From a virus, in the IMG/VR virus record IMGVR_UViG_3300033480_000002, positions 1 to 51,768 of that record: a stretch of 51,768 nt of DNA. One strand, given 5' to 3'. Below are positions 18,023 to 26,640 of the stretch, piece by piece. Numbering within the stretch: position 1 is the stretch's first letter; every line of letters starts with the position of its first letter. The notes beneath the pieces are model-generated. The model saw only the letters and a program-made list of their open reading frames with translations, had not been told where the DNA came from and ran no database searches. The position numbers and the translations under genes are program-made.

Positions 18023-18095
18023 AGCGGGGTAGAGGAGTTCGGTGCCTTGGCGGCCCCATAAGCCGCAGACGCGGGTTCAAATCCCGCCCCCGCCA
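18023..18095 (+). tRNA. tRNA-Met(CAT)-like: tRNA-like gene, anticodon CAT (Met/Ile2-type), non-canonical
   Basis: Hand-folded cloverleaf. Acceptor AGCGGGG/CCCCGCC with an A1xC72 mismatch, D stem GAGG/CCTT, anticodon stem GCGGC/GCCGC, loop CCCATAA (C at position 33 instead of U), T arm GCGGG-TTCAAAT-CCCGC. 73 nt. Confidence 0.55.
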
Positions 18096-18131
18096 CGGCG
18101 GGGAGTCACTCCAAGTGACTCCCCGACCCAA

Positions 18132-18204
18132 TGGTCAGTAGCTCAATTGGTAGAGCGTCGGTCTCCAAAACCGAAGGTTTCAGGTTCAACTCCTGACTGA
18201 TCAG
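18132..18204 (+). tRNA. tRNA-Trp(CCA): tRNA-Trp (anticodon CCA)
   Basis: Hand-folded. Acceptor TGGTCAG/CTGATCA (one G-U), D arm GCTC-AATTGGTA-GAGC, anticodon arm TCGGT-CTCCAAA-ACCGA, variable AGGTT, T arm TCAGG-TTCAACT-CCTGA, discriminator G. 73 nt. Confidence 0.85.
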
Positions 18205-18324
18205 CCCTCCCTCCGATCGACCGGCCCGGAGGAGCGTAAAAGACCGGTAGCTAGAGCCGCTTTAGATTCCCCTGTCTACATAGCGAGGCTAGCGAATTCA
18301 CTTGAATTAGGGAGAGACGCCAGT

Positions 18325-18873
18325 ATGGGCGATTTTAATTGGGATGACGACGACCAGGACAACGGCAACGAGACCTCTCTGATGAAGGATCTCCGTAAGC
18401 AGCTTGAGGCCGCAAAGCAGGCCAATAAGGATATGCAGAGGCAGATGGCCGACGTGCAGGCGAAGGCACGTCAGACAGATGTTCGCGTTCTGCTCTCCGA
18501 GCTGGGTGTCAAGAATGCCAAGGTTGGTAAGTTCATCCCGGAAGATGTCGAAGCCACCAAAGAAGGACTGACGGGGTGGCTCAAGGAAAACGGCGATGTG
18601 TTCGGAATCGACCTGGACAAGAAGGATTCGGGAGATGCTCCCCCTGCCGGGGATGCTGGTGTGCCCGCAATACAGCCACCGCCCGCTTCCAATATGAGCC
18701 AGGATGCCGTAAATGCACTCCAGCGTTTGCAGGGAGTGCAGCCAGCTACCAGTGGCGCCGCGTTGTCGGTGCACGATCAGGTCCTTTCAGGTCTCCAGAC
18801 AGCATTCGACCAGACTGGCGATTTCAAGGGATTCATGGCGGCAGCGAAGAAGGTGCTGCCGCAAGCCAACTAA
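18325..18873 (+). CDS. Capsid scaffolding protein (candidate)
   Basis: Acidic N-terminus (DDDDQDNGNE) and a coiled-coil-like segment (KDLRKQLEAAKQANKDMQRQMADVQAKARQ). Lies immediately upstream of the capsid gene. SD GGGAGAG. Confidence 0.65.
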   Translation: MGDFNWDDDDQDNGNETSLMKDLRKQLEAAKQANKDMQRQMADVQAKARQTDVRVLLSELGVKNAKVGKFIPEDVEATKEGLTGWLKENGDVFGIDLDKKDSGDAPPAGDAGVPAIQPPPASNMSQDAVNALQRLQGVQPATSGAALSVHDQVLSGLQTAFDQTGDFKGFMAAAKKVLPQAN

Positions 18874-18884
18874 GGGGTAAGTAA

Positions 18885-19844
18885 GTGGCTAACGAGTACA
18901 CTTCAATTCTTACTACCCCGGGCATTGGTGACAATACTGTCAAGGCGATGTACGACTTTGCCATTGCGGCAAAGCTCCGTGAGCGTCCGCAGTACCGTTC
19001 GTGGGTTGATCGCAATCCCGTTCGGCCCAATGGTCCAGGGCAGACGATTACTTTCCAGTTCCATCAGTGGTTTGACAGTACGGCTGTTACTGCCGCCAAG
19101 ACGCCTCTCAATGAAGAGCAGGATGTTGACAGCACCAAGCTGCCTGTTACCACGACCGGAACGGTCACCGCGAACGAGTACGGCTTTGCCGTTACCCGGA
19201 CTCGCAAGCTGACCATCTTCTCTTTCGATGACATCGATACCTACGCGGCCGAAGCTGTGGCTAATCATCTTGCTGACTGGCAGGATGAGATGGTCCAGGA
19301 CGTTATGGTGACCTTCACCCAGCAGGTCATCAGCTCGGCTGACCACACCACAGAGGTCACCCTCGACAACACGGACTTCCTTATGGCTGGTGCCGTTAGG
19401 CAGGCTGTAACCACCCTCAGGGCGCAGAATGTTCCGACTGTTGATGGAATGTTCTACAGGGGAGGCACGCACCCGTACGCCATTCACGATCTCCGCGAGG
19501 AGACCGGATCTGGCTCTTGGCGTGTCCCGACTGAATACGGCGTCAATCAGGGCGACATCTGGCGCGGCGAATTCGGGGAATTCGAGGGTGTTCGGTTCGT
19601 CCAGAACAACCGCACCCGCGTCTCCCAGACTGGTGCTGGCAACGAGGATGTCATCCACACCTATGTTGCCGGACCTGAGGCAATGACCGAGTTGAACTAC
19701 GTCGAGCCCGGCTCAGTGGTTGGCCCGGTTACTGACAAATTGCAGCGGTTCCGCACGATTGGGTGGTATGGGGTGCTTGGATGGGCTAAGTACCGCGATG
19801 AGAGCCTTGTCCAGATCCTCAACTCCAGTTCGTTCTACGCGTAA
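18885..19844 (+). CDS. Major capsid protein (candidate)
   Basis: 319 aa, GTG start after AAGGGG. Follows the scaffold-like gene and is followed by the strongest textbook terminator in the arm. The composition reminds me of N4-gp56-type capsid proteins; this is recollection only. Confidence 0.7.
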   Translation: MANEYTSILTTPGIGDNTVKAMYDFAIAAKLRERPQYRSWVDRNPVRPNGPGQTITFQFHQWFDSTAVTAAKTPLNEEQDVDSTKLPVTTTGTVTANEYGFAVTRTRKLTIFSFDDIDTYAAEAVANHLADWQDEMVQDVMVTFTQQVISSADHTTEVTLDNTDFLMAGAVRQAVTTLRAQNVPTVDGMFYRGGTHPYAIHDLREETGSGSWRVPTEYGVNQGDIWRGEFGEFEGVRFVQNNRTRVSQTGAGNEDVIHTYVAGPEAMTELNYVEPGSVVGPVTDKLQRFRTIGWYGVLGWAKYRDESLVQILNSSSFYA

Positions 19845-19855
19845 TTAGCGCGGGT

Positions 19856-19888
19856 GGAGGGCTGCCTTCGGGCAGCCCTCCTGTATTT
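19856..19888 (+). terminator. Intrinsic terminator after the capsid gene
   Basis: GGAGGGCTGCC-ttcg-GGCAGCCCTCC followed by TGTATTT. Confidence 0.85.
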
Positions 19889-19899
19889 CGGGAGGCTCT

Positions 19900-20145
19900 G
19901 TGCCCACGTTCACTACTCCTACCACTCCGGAACGCCTGGGTGGCGACGCCTTCTTTTCTCGCATCCACTTAGATCGAGGAGTAACGGTCCTAAAGGAAAC
20001 CGGTGCCTACCGCGAGGTTTCTGACCCCACTCCGGAAGAAGTAACAGCCGCCGATATTGCATATCTCGGTGGTCGCAAGTACACCATAGATGCCGCCGAA
20101 GCGGCCGATCTGACGGCCGCTGGGTATGGAGCTTACATTAGTTAA
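19900..20145 (+). CDS. Hypothetical virion-module protein (81 aa)
   Basis: GTG start after GGGAGG. Position downstream of the capsid gene suggests a head or connector accessory protein. Confidence 0.6.
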   Translation: MPTFTTPTTPERLGGDAFFSRIHLDRGVTVLKETGAYREVSDPTPEEVTAADIAYLGGRKYTIDAAEAADLTAAGYGAYIS

Positions 20146-20158
20146 GGGGCGCCAGCTT

Positions 20159-20347
20159 ATGTATGAAGTAATCATCGCTGTCGCAGCCCTGATAACCGTA
20201 TTATTTAACTACTTTGGTACAAAGCGATCTGTAAATATCAGCGGAGACTCCGTCCTCCGCGAAATAAGAGAGCTTAGAGAAATGCTTGATTCCCACCTGC
20301 ATGATCATATGCAGGCTTCCCTGCGGGTGGTACGCCGTGGCATGTAG
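20159..20347 (+). CDS. Small single-pass membrane protein (62 aa)
   Basis: Trimmed to MYEVIIAVAALITVLFNYFG (one hydrophobic helix) followed by a charged helix. SD AAGGGG. Confidence 0.55.
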   Translation: MYEVIIAVAALITVLFNYFGTKRSVNISGDSVLREIRELREMLDSHLHDHMQASLRVVRRGM

Positions 20348-20621
20348 TGAGGGATGTCCGACAAGGGACCACGCATCCTATGCGGAATGTCTGAGATCTA
20401 AACAACCCAGAGTGGCCTATTGCAATTCTACGAACGGGTGGGATTGCACCAGGCAGAAAGCCTGGGATCGAGAACTTCAGCTCTACCGCGATGTTAGGGC
20501 ACAGGGTATCGAACCGGATCGCTGCGACGGTCCCGCTATTGCGGCAGCCATAAAGCAGTCGGATGAGACCGGTATAGCCTACAACGGACTAAAGAGGCGG
20601 CCGTATGTTCCCGACGACTGA
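20337..20621 (+). CDS. Cys-rich small protein (94 aa)
   Basis: GTG start overlaps the end of the upstream gene. VACSEGCPTRDHASYAECL...YCNSTNGWDC. Function unknown. Confidence 0.5.
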   Translation: MACSEGCPTRDHASYAECLRSKQPRVAYCNSTNGWDCTRQKAWDRELQLYRDVRAQGIEPDRCDGPAIAAAIKQSDETGIAYNGLKRRPYVPDD

Positions 20622-21495
20622 CACATTCGGAACCGTCATTGACGAAGTGATCCTGTCACTAACAGGTCAAGGACTTACTGATGACATTATCGTCTCCCTG
20701 AATAGTGCGATCGACAGCAACGATCTAGCCATAACGGTCGACGACAGTGACGTTCTCTCTCGTGGACTTATCGAGATCGACGGAGAGTTGATCTACATCA
20801 GCTCCGTGGCAGGTGCAACCGGCGCGATTCCCGTCTGGGGTCGAGGTTTTAAGGGAACGACCGCCGCGAGTCACCTCCAGGATGCGGCTGTTCATATCGC
20901 CCCGACCTGGCCGCGCTCTATCGTCGGTCGAGAGATAAACAATACGATCCGATCTCTATATCCGACATTGTTTGTTCCAACGGCAACAGAGATCACCCTG
21001 ACGGCCGACAACTGGCAGTACGAATTGCCAGCCGCCTGCGAGAAGGTTCTCTCGGTCGAATGGGAGTGGGGTACCAGCCAATGGATCAAGACGAATGCCT
21101 GGGAGGTCATGCATCTGGCTAACGCCACAGACTTCCCGTCGGGAAAGGCGATCGCCCTTGGGGATCCTCTCTACACGGGGTCAATGCTTCGTGTCAAATA
21201 CGCAGCCCGGCCCACTGTCTTCTCTTCTGAGGCTAGCGTATTTACGACCTGCGGTCTTCCCGCGAGCTGTAAGGATGTTGTCGTTCTGGGTACAGCCTAT
21301 CGACTCCTGCCCTGGGCTGACGCTGGTCGCGCCAAGGTGGATAGCGCTGAAGCCAATGCACTCTCAAGCAGCCGTCCCATCGGCGCGGCAACCAGCATTG
21401 CTAGCAATTTGCAGAAATCGTATCTCCGGCGCCTCGAAGAGGAGCGGAGAGCGCTCGCAGCTAATTATCCGTCGCAAGTTCATTATGTGAGGTAA
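20605..21495 (+). CDS. Hypothetical virion/tail structural protein (296 aa)
   Basis: 17-nt overlap with the upstream ORF. Lies in the late operon just before the fibre-like gene. Confidence 0.7.
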   Translation: MFPTTDTFGTVIDEVILSLTGQGLTDDIIVSLNSAIDSNDLAITVDDSDVLSRGLIEIDGELIYISSVAGATGAIPVWGRGFKGTTAASHLQDAAVHIAPTWPRSIVGREINNTIRSLYPTLFVPTATEITLTADNWQYELPAACEKVLSVEWEWGTSQWIKTNAWEVMHLANATDFPSGKAIALGDPLYTGSMLRVKYAARPTVFSSEASVFTTCGLPASCKDVVVLGTAYRLLPWADAGRAKVDSAEANALSSSRPIGAATSIASNLQKSYLRRLEEERRALAANYPSQVHYVR

Positions 21496-21497
21496 AT

Positions 21498-22541
21498 GTG
21501 GGGCGGAATTATTCCTCTACCTGCGTAGCGGTGCAGGTTGCTGTCGAGCTGTCTCCTGCTGCTACCACTCTTACCGTTAGTTCCACAGCCGGGTTTCCCG
21601 CCGCACCATTTACTATTGTCGCTGATCCCGGAACAGCTTCCGAGGAGATCATTACTGTTGCTGCAATAGCCGGGAATGATTTTACAGGACTGACGCGTGG
21701 TGAGGATGGCACCTCGGGGACGACCCATCTCGTGGGTGCAACGATTCGCCACATGGCTACTGCGCGAGATCTCCAGGAGCCCCAGGACCACATTGACGGG
21801 ACCACCGGTGTCCACGGAGCAGTCGGCAGCGTAGTGGGCACGAGTGACGCTCAGACCCTCACAAACAAGACCATCGATGCCTCTGCCAACACCGTGAGCA
21901 ACGTTGCACAGGCATCCGTGACGGGTCTCGTCACAGCCCTATCCGATGCCACGACGCACTACGGCCTAACTGCCGGAGTTCACGGGCGGACCGGGACGCT
22001 TGTCGCCACCTCGGACACTCAGACCCTTACGAATAAAACGATGTCCGGGGCCAGTAATACTTTCTCCAGTATCCCGCAATCAGCAGTAACGAATCTAACG
22101 ACCACCATTGCTGCTATCGGATCCGCCAGTTCCTATACGCCCACCCTGACTTATATCACCCTTGGCACAGGGGGCAACAAGTATGGATGGTACGACGAAC
22201 TTCCTGGCGGCTGGGTGGTTGGTGGATTCCTTCTCCTGTTTGGTACCGGTTGCGCCATCACGGATATTGCCGTCGTGAGTCTTCCCGTGACTGCATGGGA
22301 ACCCTACTCCGGGGTATTGCAGATTAATGTTGGATCGTGGATCTTCCGCGACCTGAGCTCAGGTCCAGACCACTACTCGGGGTCCCTTGGCACATGGGAC
22401 ACTAGTTCAAATAGTGTCAGTCTTGGAGGGTGTTGGAATTCAGCCTCCGGAGTCCCTGATACACGGGTTACCACGAATAGACCTGTTACTGTTCAGAGTG
22501 GGGACATCATATCTGGACAGTTCAGCTATCGATCGGCGTGA
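21498..22541 (+). CDS. Tail fibre-like protein
   Basis: Internal repeats SDAQTLTNKTIDASANTVSNV and SDTQTLTNKTMSGASNTFSSI, plus a Gly/Thr/Ser-rich beta-type composition. GTG start. Confidence 0.7.
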   Translation: MGRNYSSTCVAVQVAVELSPAATTLTVSSTAGFPAAPFTIVADPGTASEEIITVAAIAGNDFTGLTRGEDGTSGTTHLVGATIRHMATARDLQEPQDHIDGTTGVHGAVGSVVGTSDAQTLTNKTIDASANTVSNVAQASVTGLVTALSDATTHYGLTAGVHGRTGTLVATSDTQTLTNKTMSGASNTFSSIPQSAVTNLTTTIAAIGSASSYTPTLTYITLGTGGNKYGWYDELPGGWVVGGFLLLFGTGCAITDIAVVSLPVTAWEPYSGVLQINVGSWIFRDLSSGPDHYSGSLGTWDTSSNSVSLGGCWNSASGVPDTRVTTNRPVTVQSGDIISGQFSYRSA

Positions 22542-22544
22542 CAA

Positions 22545-23294
22545 ATGCCTTGGATGCCTAGCGCCAGGAAACGTGAAATTCCTGAGAACAGAACGGCGCC
22601 CCGCATCAACGCGAACAAAGTCATTCTGCACTCGGCCGTGGGACCTGGGTCCCTCTACGGCTATTTCTCGCGGGATGACGTCAAGGTCGAGTCTCACTTT
22701 TGGGTGGGACTCGACGGGAGTATCGAGCAATATCTCGATACCAATGTTCGTGCTGATGCAAATTGGGATGCCAACAGTTCGGCCATTTCCATCGAGACGG
22801 CCGATAATGGAAATCCAGATGAGTTTCCCTGGACTAATGATCAAGTCAGCTCGCTTGCTGAAATTATAAACTGGGCAAGCGAAACTCACAATATTCCCAT
22901 TCGACTCTGCCCCAGTGCGGATAGTTCCGGAATCGGGTATCACCGGCAGTTTGCCAATTGGAATAAGTCGGCCCACTCCTGCCCTGGCGACGCCCGAGTA
23001 AAGCAAGTGCCGGGGATCATTGCAATAGCAAAGGAGTGGGATATGCCCCTCACTGACGCAGATGTCAAGAAAATCTGGAACACGGACGGAATTATCAATA
23101 ATCTCAACGCTCCTCCAGATAGCAAGAATCCGACGTGGGCGCCCAAAACCGCACTGGAGCTAGCGGATGATAAACTCGATCGGATTCTTGCGCAACTGAA
23201 ATCCCTGGAAAAGACGGGACTCACTGAGGCTCAGCTTACAGCGATTGTTGATCGGGTCATCGCTGAGATTACCAAGCTCCATCTAGTTAAGTAA
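22545..23294 (+). CDS. N-acetylmuramoyl-L-alanine amidase (amidase_2/PGRP-type) endolysin
   Basis: VILHSAVG...ESHFWV...ANSSAISIETAD...YHRQF...HSCPGD fits the Zn-binding His/His/Cys pattern of amidase_2. The C-terminal ~80 aa form an unassigned extension. Confidence 0.8.
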   Translation: MPWMPSARKREIPENRTAPRINANKVILHSAVGPGSLYGYFSRDDVKVESHFWVGLDGSIEQYLDTNVRADANWDANSSAISIETADNGNPDEFPWTNDQVSSLAEIINWASETHNIPIRLCPSADSSGIGYHRQFANWNKSAHSCPGDARVKQVPGIIAIAKEWDMPLTDADVKKIWNTDGIINNLNAPPDSKNPTWAPKTALELADDKLDRILAQLKSLEKTGLTEAQLTAIVDRVIAEITKLHLVK

Positions 23295-23305
23295 ACGGAG
23301 GCGGG

Positions 23306-25222
23306 ATGCCCTACGTTGTTTCGGCAAGCCCCGACTTCACCGAGGGCTTCCCGTTCGCGCTGACGCTTAAGGAAGTCGTCGCCGCCTACGCCAAGAGTGG
23401 TTTTGAGTATGACATCTCGATCGACGAGATGCCTTTCTTGCTGGCCTGCTCCGAGGATAACCCTTACACGCGCGCAACGCTGGACACCAAGAAACAGCAG
23501 ATCGATACAAGCAATGAACCCGGTGAACAGTTATTCACGCAATGGTGGATCCGGAGTCAGGATTCATGGCATGGGGGAGCGGGGGTAACTTACTACGAGC
23601 CCCGCTCTGATGAGGGTACAAAGTATCGGTATGCCAGTTCGGTAGGAATTGACCCATGGACAGAGGGCCAGATCTCTCTTCTCCATAGCATGACTCTGCC
23701 CGTTGAGTCGGCGGGCGTCACGCCCGTCTACTGCACATCCGCCGTCGTCAGCGGCGCCGACGTCGCTTTCCTGCAAGTCGATGGCGTGGTAAAACGCTGG
23801 ACCGGTACCGCCGCGACCAATTACACGGTGTCTACTGGCGGCACCCCGGCAAGCCGCGTGGCTGTCTGCGGAGCACTGATTGTCGTCGGCACGACGGATG
23901 GCATAAGCTCGGGGACTGTCGGTGGTACCGCCCTTACTGCTCTTTGGACAGTCGCTACCGGAACGGTTCTGGTTCCTTGGTGGGTAAAGGGTCGAATTAT
24001 CGCCTCTCGGGGATCAGCTCTACATGAGCTGACCCTCGCTGGGGGCGCCCTGCCAGCAGCGATATGGACTCACCCTTCCACATCATGGCACTGGACTTCC
24101 GTAGTGGAAGCCCCCACGGCAATCCTGGCCGCTGGTTATGACAATGGTTACGGCTACATCTACGCCTTCAATCTTGTTGATTCTGGGTCTGGTGGCACGC
24201 CCACATTGGGCGACGCAATCCAAATTGCAGAGTTCCCGCCTGGGGAAGAAGTGTACTCACTTGCTACCTATCTGGGTACATATGTAGCCATTGGAACGAA
24301 CAAGGGTGTTCGCATAGGGATCCTAGGAAGCGACAGCAATGGCGCTACTCTGACCTACGGGCCCCTGGTGATTGAGACGACCTACCCGGTTCGCGATCTT
24401 ACCGCCAGGGATCGATTCGCCTATGCGACGATCCAGGCGGGGATTAACGGCAAGAGCGGGTGCGCCCGAATCGACCTGAGTAATGAGGTCGAGTCTGGCA
24501 GATTTGCTTGGGCTTACGATGTTTCCACCCAAACGACTGGCGTCCCACATTCTATCGCATGTTTGGGAACAACAAACCGAGTGCTAATTGGGGTAGCCGA
24601 CGAGGGAATATACCAGACATCCACGACAGCTTACGAAGCTACTGGGTATATGCGCACTGGTCGTATCAGATTCTCAACAGGGGAAAACAAATCCTTCCAT
24701 AGAATTAGAGTCAGGACGTCCTGTCCGGATGATTCTACCTGCGCGATTTACAGCATTGTCCCCGAGGGCAGTCCGGTATTTGTATTCTCATTGAGTAACA
24801 CTTTCGATGACAATCAAGATATCTCACTATCCATTGCCAATACCGGGTATCAATATCTGAGTATCCAGTTGACGCTTAATGCGTCGACCGACCTTGGAGA
24901 TACTCCCATTGTTGACTCGATGACCCTAAAGGCACTTCCCCTCACTGACGCAGTGAGGGAGCTACAAATTCCACTGATGTGCTTTGATGTTGAGACGGAT
25001 CGGAAGGGGACGAAGGTCGGCGTCAGGAATGGAGCCTGGTCCAGGCTCGCCGCTCTGGAGCAAGCGGAGTCCGACAATGCCACGGTGAACATCGTGGATA
25101 CCACAACCGGAGAGTCGTTCAGTGGGCAGATCACCCGAGTGGCATTCACTAGGATAAAGCCCCCCGAAGGTAATAGAAAAAACTTCGGTGGCCTGATCAA
25201 TCTAACGGTGGTGCAACTGTGA
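23306..25222 (+). CDS. Large virion/tail protein (638 aa), function unassigned
   Basis: SD GGAGGCGGG. Beta-rich composition. Sits between the amidase and the PG-binding gene. Could be a tail tube or nozzle-type protein, but that is a guess. Confidence 0.7.
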   Translation: MPYVVSASPDFTEGFPFALTLKEVVAAYAKSGFEYDISIDEMPFLLACSEDNPYTRATLDTKKQQIDTSNEPGEQLFTQWWIRSQDSWHGGAGVTYYEPRSDEGTKYRYASSVGIDPWTEGQISLLHSMTLPVESAGVTPVYCTSAVVSGADVAFLQVDGVVKRWTGTAATNYTVSTGGTPASRVAVCGALIVVGTTDGISSGTVGGTALTALWTVATGTVLVPWWVKGRIIASRGSALHELTLAGGALPAAIWTHPSTSWHWTSVVEAPTAILAAGYDNGYGYIYAFNLVDSGSGGTPTLGDAIQIAEFPPGEEVYSLATYLGTYVAIGTNKGVRIGILGSDSNGATLTYGPLVIETTYPVRDLTARDRFAYATIQAGINGKSGCARIDLSNEVESGRFAWAYDVSTQTTGVPHSIACLGTTNRVLIGVADEGIYQTSTTAYEATGYMRTGRIRFSTGENKSFHRIRVRTSCPDDSTCAIYSIVPEGSPVFVFSLSNTFDDNQDISLSIANTGYQYLSIQLTLNASTDLGDTPIVDSMTLKALPLTDAVRELQIPLMCFDVETDRKGTKVGVRNGAWSRLAALEQAESDNATVNIVDTTTGESFSGQITRVAFTRIKPPEGNRKNFGGLINLTVVQL

Positions 25223-25647
25223 AATCTGCTCCTGATTGGTACGATCATGAACTTGAGGTCGGCGATAGACATAGGTCTGTCGCCGTTGTGCAAAGAAAAC
25301 TCGGCATACCTATTACTGGCATCTATGACCAGACCACGGCTGCCGTTGTGAGGGGATTTCAAATGGCGAGGAAGCTAAAGAAAACTGGCACCGTTAACGT
25401 GCCGACTGCCGCATCCCTGGGGGATCGGGCCACAAGGGGTCTGACACCCGAGTGGTGGCGGAGGCCACTCCAGCTCTGGGACACTGGGGATGACTGTAAG
25501 GCACTCAATGCTGCCCTGAACCTTCCGCCGACGGACCGGTTTACCCCTGACACCGAAGCTGCCATCCGGCGATATCAATCTAGTAACAACCTCCCCGTGA
25601 CAGGCATGTGTCACGAGGAGATCGCGAAGATGCTAGGGGATCTCTAG
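25219..25647 (+). CDS. Peptidoglycan-binding (PG_binding_1-like) repeat protein
   Basis: Two repeats of the pattern G..V..LQ..L.....DG.F...T..AV..FQ, namely SVAVVQRKLGIPITGIYDQTTAAVVRGFQ and CKALNAALNLPPTDRFTPDTEAAIRRYQ. GTGA overlap with the upstream gene. Confidence 0.7.
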   Translation: MKSAPDWYDHELEVGDRHRSVAVVQRKLGIPITGIYDQTTAAVVRGFQMARKLKKTGTVNVPTAASLGDRATRGLTPEWWRRPLQLWDTGDDCKALNAALNLPPTDRFTPDTEAAIRRYQSSNNLPVTGMCHEEIAKMLGDL

Positions 25648-25868
25648 TGATCGATGTCCTGCGGGCGAACCCAGCCCGCATCTATGGCCTCTCTGCGGCT
25701 GTTGTGGCCCTCGTGGCTTACTTCCTGCCCTCCACCCCCGTCGGCCTTGTGCTGGCCGTCGTAGCGGCCACTGTGGCTCTCTGGAGCGGGCAGGTCGTAC
25801 AGCGCGTGGAGGACGACAAGACGATCGCAGCGCTGTATGAAGATCCACCCATTGAAGAGAATCTATAA
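25647..25868 (+). CDS. Holin-like two-TM membrane protein (73 aa)
   Basis: GTG start overlaps the upstream TAG. IYGLSAAVVALVAYFL and VGLVLAVVAATVALW are two hydrophobic helices, followed by a charged C-terminus. Last gene of the late arm. Confidence 0.55.
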   Translation: MIDVLRANPARIYGLSAAVVALVAYFLPSTPVGLVLAVVAATVALWSGQVVQRVEDDKTIAALYEDPPIEENL

Positions 25869-25875
25869 ACAAAAC

Positions 25876-25912
25876 GAAGGACCCCCGGTGCCTTGAGCAC
25901 CGGGGGTCCTTC
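25876..25912. terminator. Bidirectional hairpin terminator between convergent arms
   Basis: 16-bp stem GAAGGACCCCCGGTGC-cttga-GCACCGGGGGTCCTTC, located between the holin-like gene (+) and the XRE gene (-). Confidence 0.75.
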
Positions 25913-25938
25913 GGCCGTTCGGGGGAGTGGACAATCCA

Positions 25939-26220
25939 TCAACCCCCGTCAGTGTTGATCACCCCCGAACAGTGACAATTGCATCGTACCATACCCTCGA
26001 CAGGAGGCACCAGGGAGCACACGGGCACTCCGAGCGCCCTGGCGATCCCCACGATCCCTCGGAAGGTCATGTCCCTGTGTCCATTCTCCCACTGGGAAAT
26101 GGTGTTCGGCGCGCTCCCTATCTTCCGCGCCAGCGCGGCCTGCGCGAGACGTTTCCGTCTCCTGTGGCGTCGTATGAGCATTCCGACATGCACGAGGAAG
26201 GCGTCGTTACTCGTTCTCAT
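25939..26220 (-). CDS. XRE/Cro-CI-family HTH regulator (repressor candidate)
   Basis: RRKRLAQAALARKIGSAPNTISQWENGHRDMTFRGIVGIARALGV is a classic HTH_3. ATG at 26220 follows GGGGGGTGGGAA. Last gene of the leftward lysogeny operon. Confidence 0.8.
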   Translation of the reverse strand: MRTSNDAFLVHVGMLIRRHRRRKRLAQAALARKIGSAPNTISQWENGHRDMTFRGIVGIARALGVPVCSLVPPVEGMVRCNCHCSGVINTDGG

Positions 26221-26458
26221 GATTCCCACCCCCCTGTAACGGGATCCCCGCCTCGATTGCAGCTCGGTAGTTACCGAGCATTCTGACCATCAGATCTCCC
26301 CAGGAGATCCCGTTCCGGACGGCCATGTCGTACGCCCCCCATAGCAGGTTGTAGGCGATCCGGTCCGGCTCCATGTTGGTCTCGTAGCGGGGGAATCCGC
26401 CGCTGTCGACCGTGTAGGTAAGGACCGTATTCGGGGTCGCGTCGGTCCAGCGCCTCAC
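26207..26458 (-). CDS. Hypothetical protein (83 aa)
   Basis: ATGA-type 4-nt overlap with the upstream gene. No motif recognised. Confidence 0.6.
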   Translation of the reverse strand: MRRWTDATPNTVLTYTVDSGGFPRYETNMEPDRIAYNLLWGAYDMAVRNGISWGDLMVRMLGNYRAAIEAGIPLQGGGNHENE

Positions 26459-26640
26459 TCGTCATCTCCTAGCTCTCGTGGCCGATAGGAACTGACCGGA
26501 CGTCGCTCCTCGGCAACAACCAGGAGTGACTCGATCCACCGAGCACAAGTGTGGCACAGGTGTACCGTCCTGGACTGCCCGGGAGCTTCTATGCGGAATT
26601 TGCAGATTGCCTTCCTTCGGGCGCATTTGTCACAGTTCAT
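26455..26640 (-). CDS. Small zinc-ribbon protein (61 aa)
   Basis: Trimmed to MNCDKCARRKAICKF...HLCHTCARW (CxxC...CxxC). Its ATG overlaps the integrase TGA (ATGA). Confidence 0.6.
   Translation of the reverse strand: MNCDKCARRKAICKFRIEAPGQSRTVHLCHTCARWIESLLVVAEERRPVSSYRPRELGDDE

Noticed and set aside
21840-22100. Diversity-generating retroelement (template/variable repeat) in the fibre gene
   Set aside because: The two TLTNKT-containing repeats are diverged intraprotein repeats without A-specific mismatches. No reverse transcriptase ORF exists anywhere in the window.
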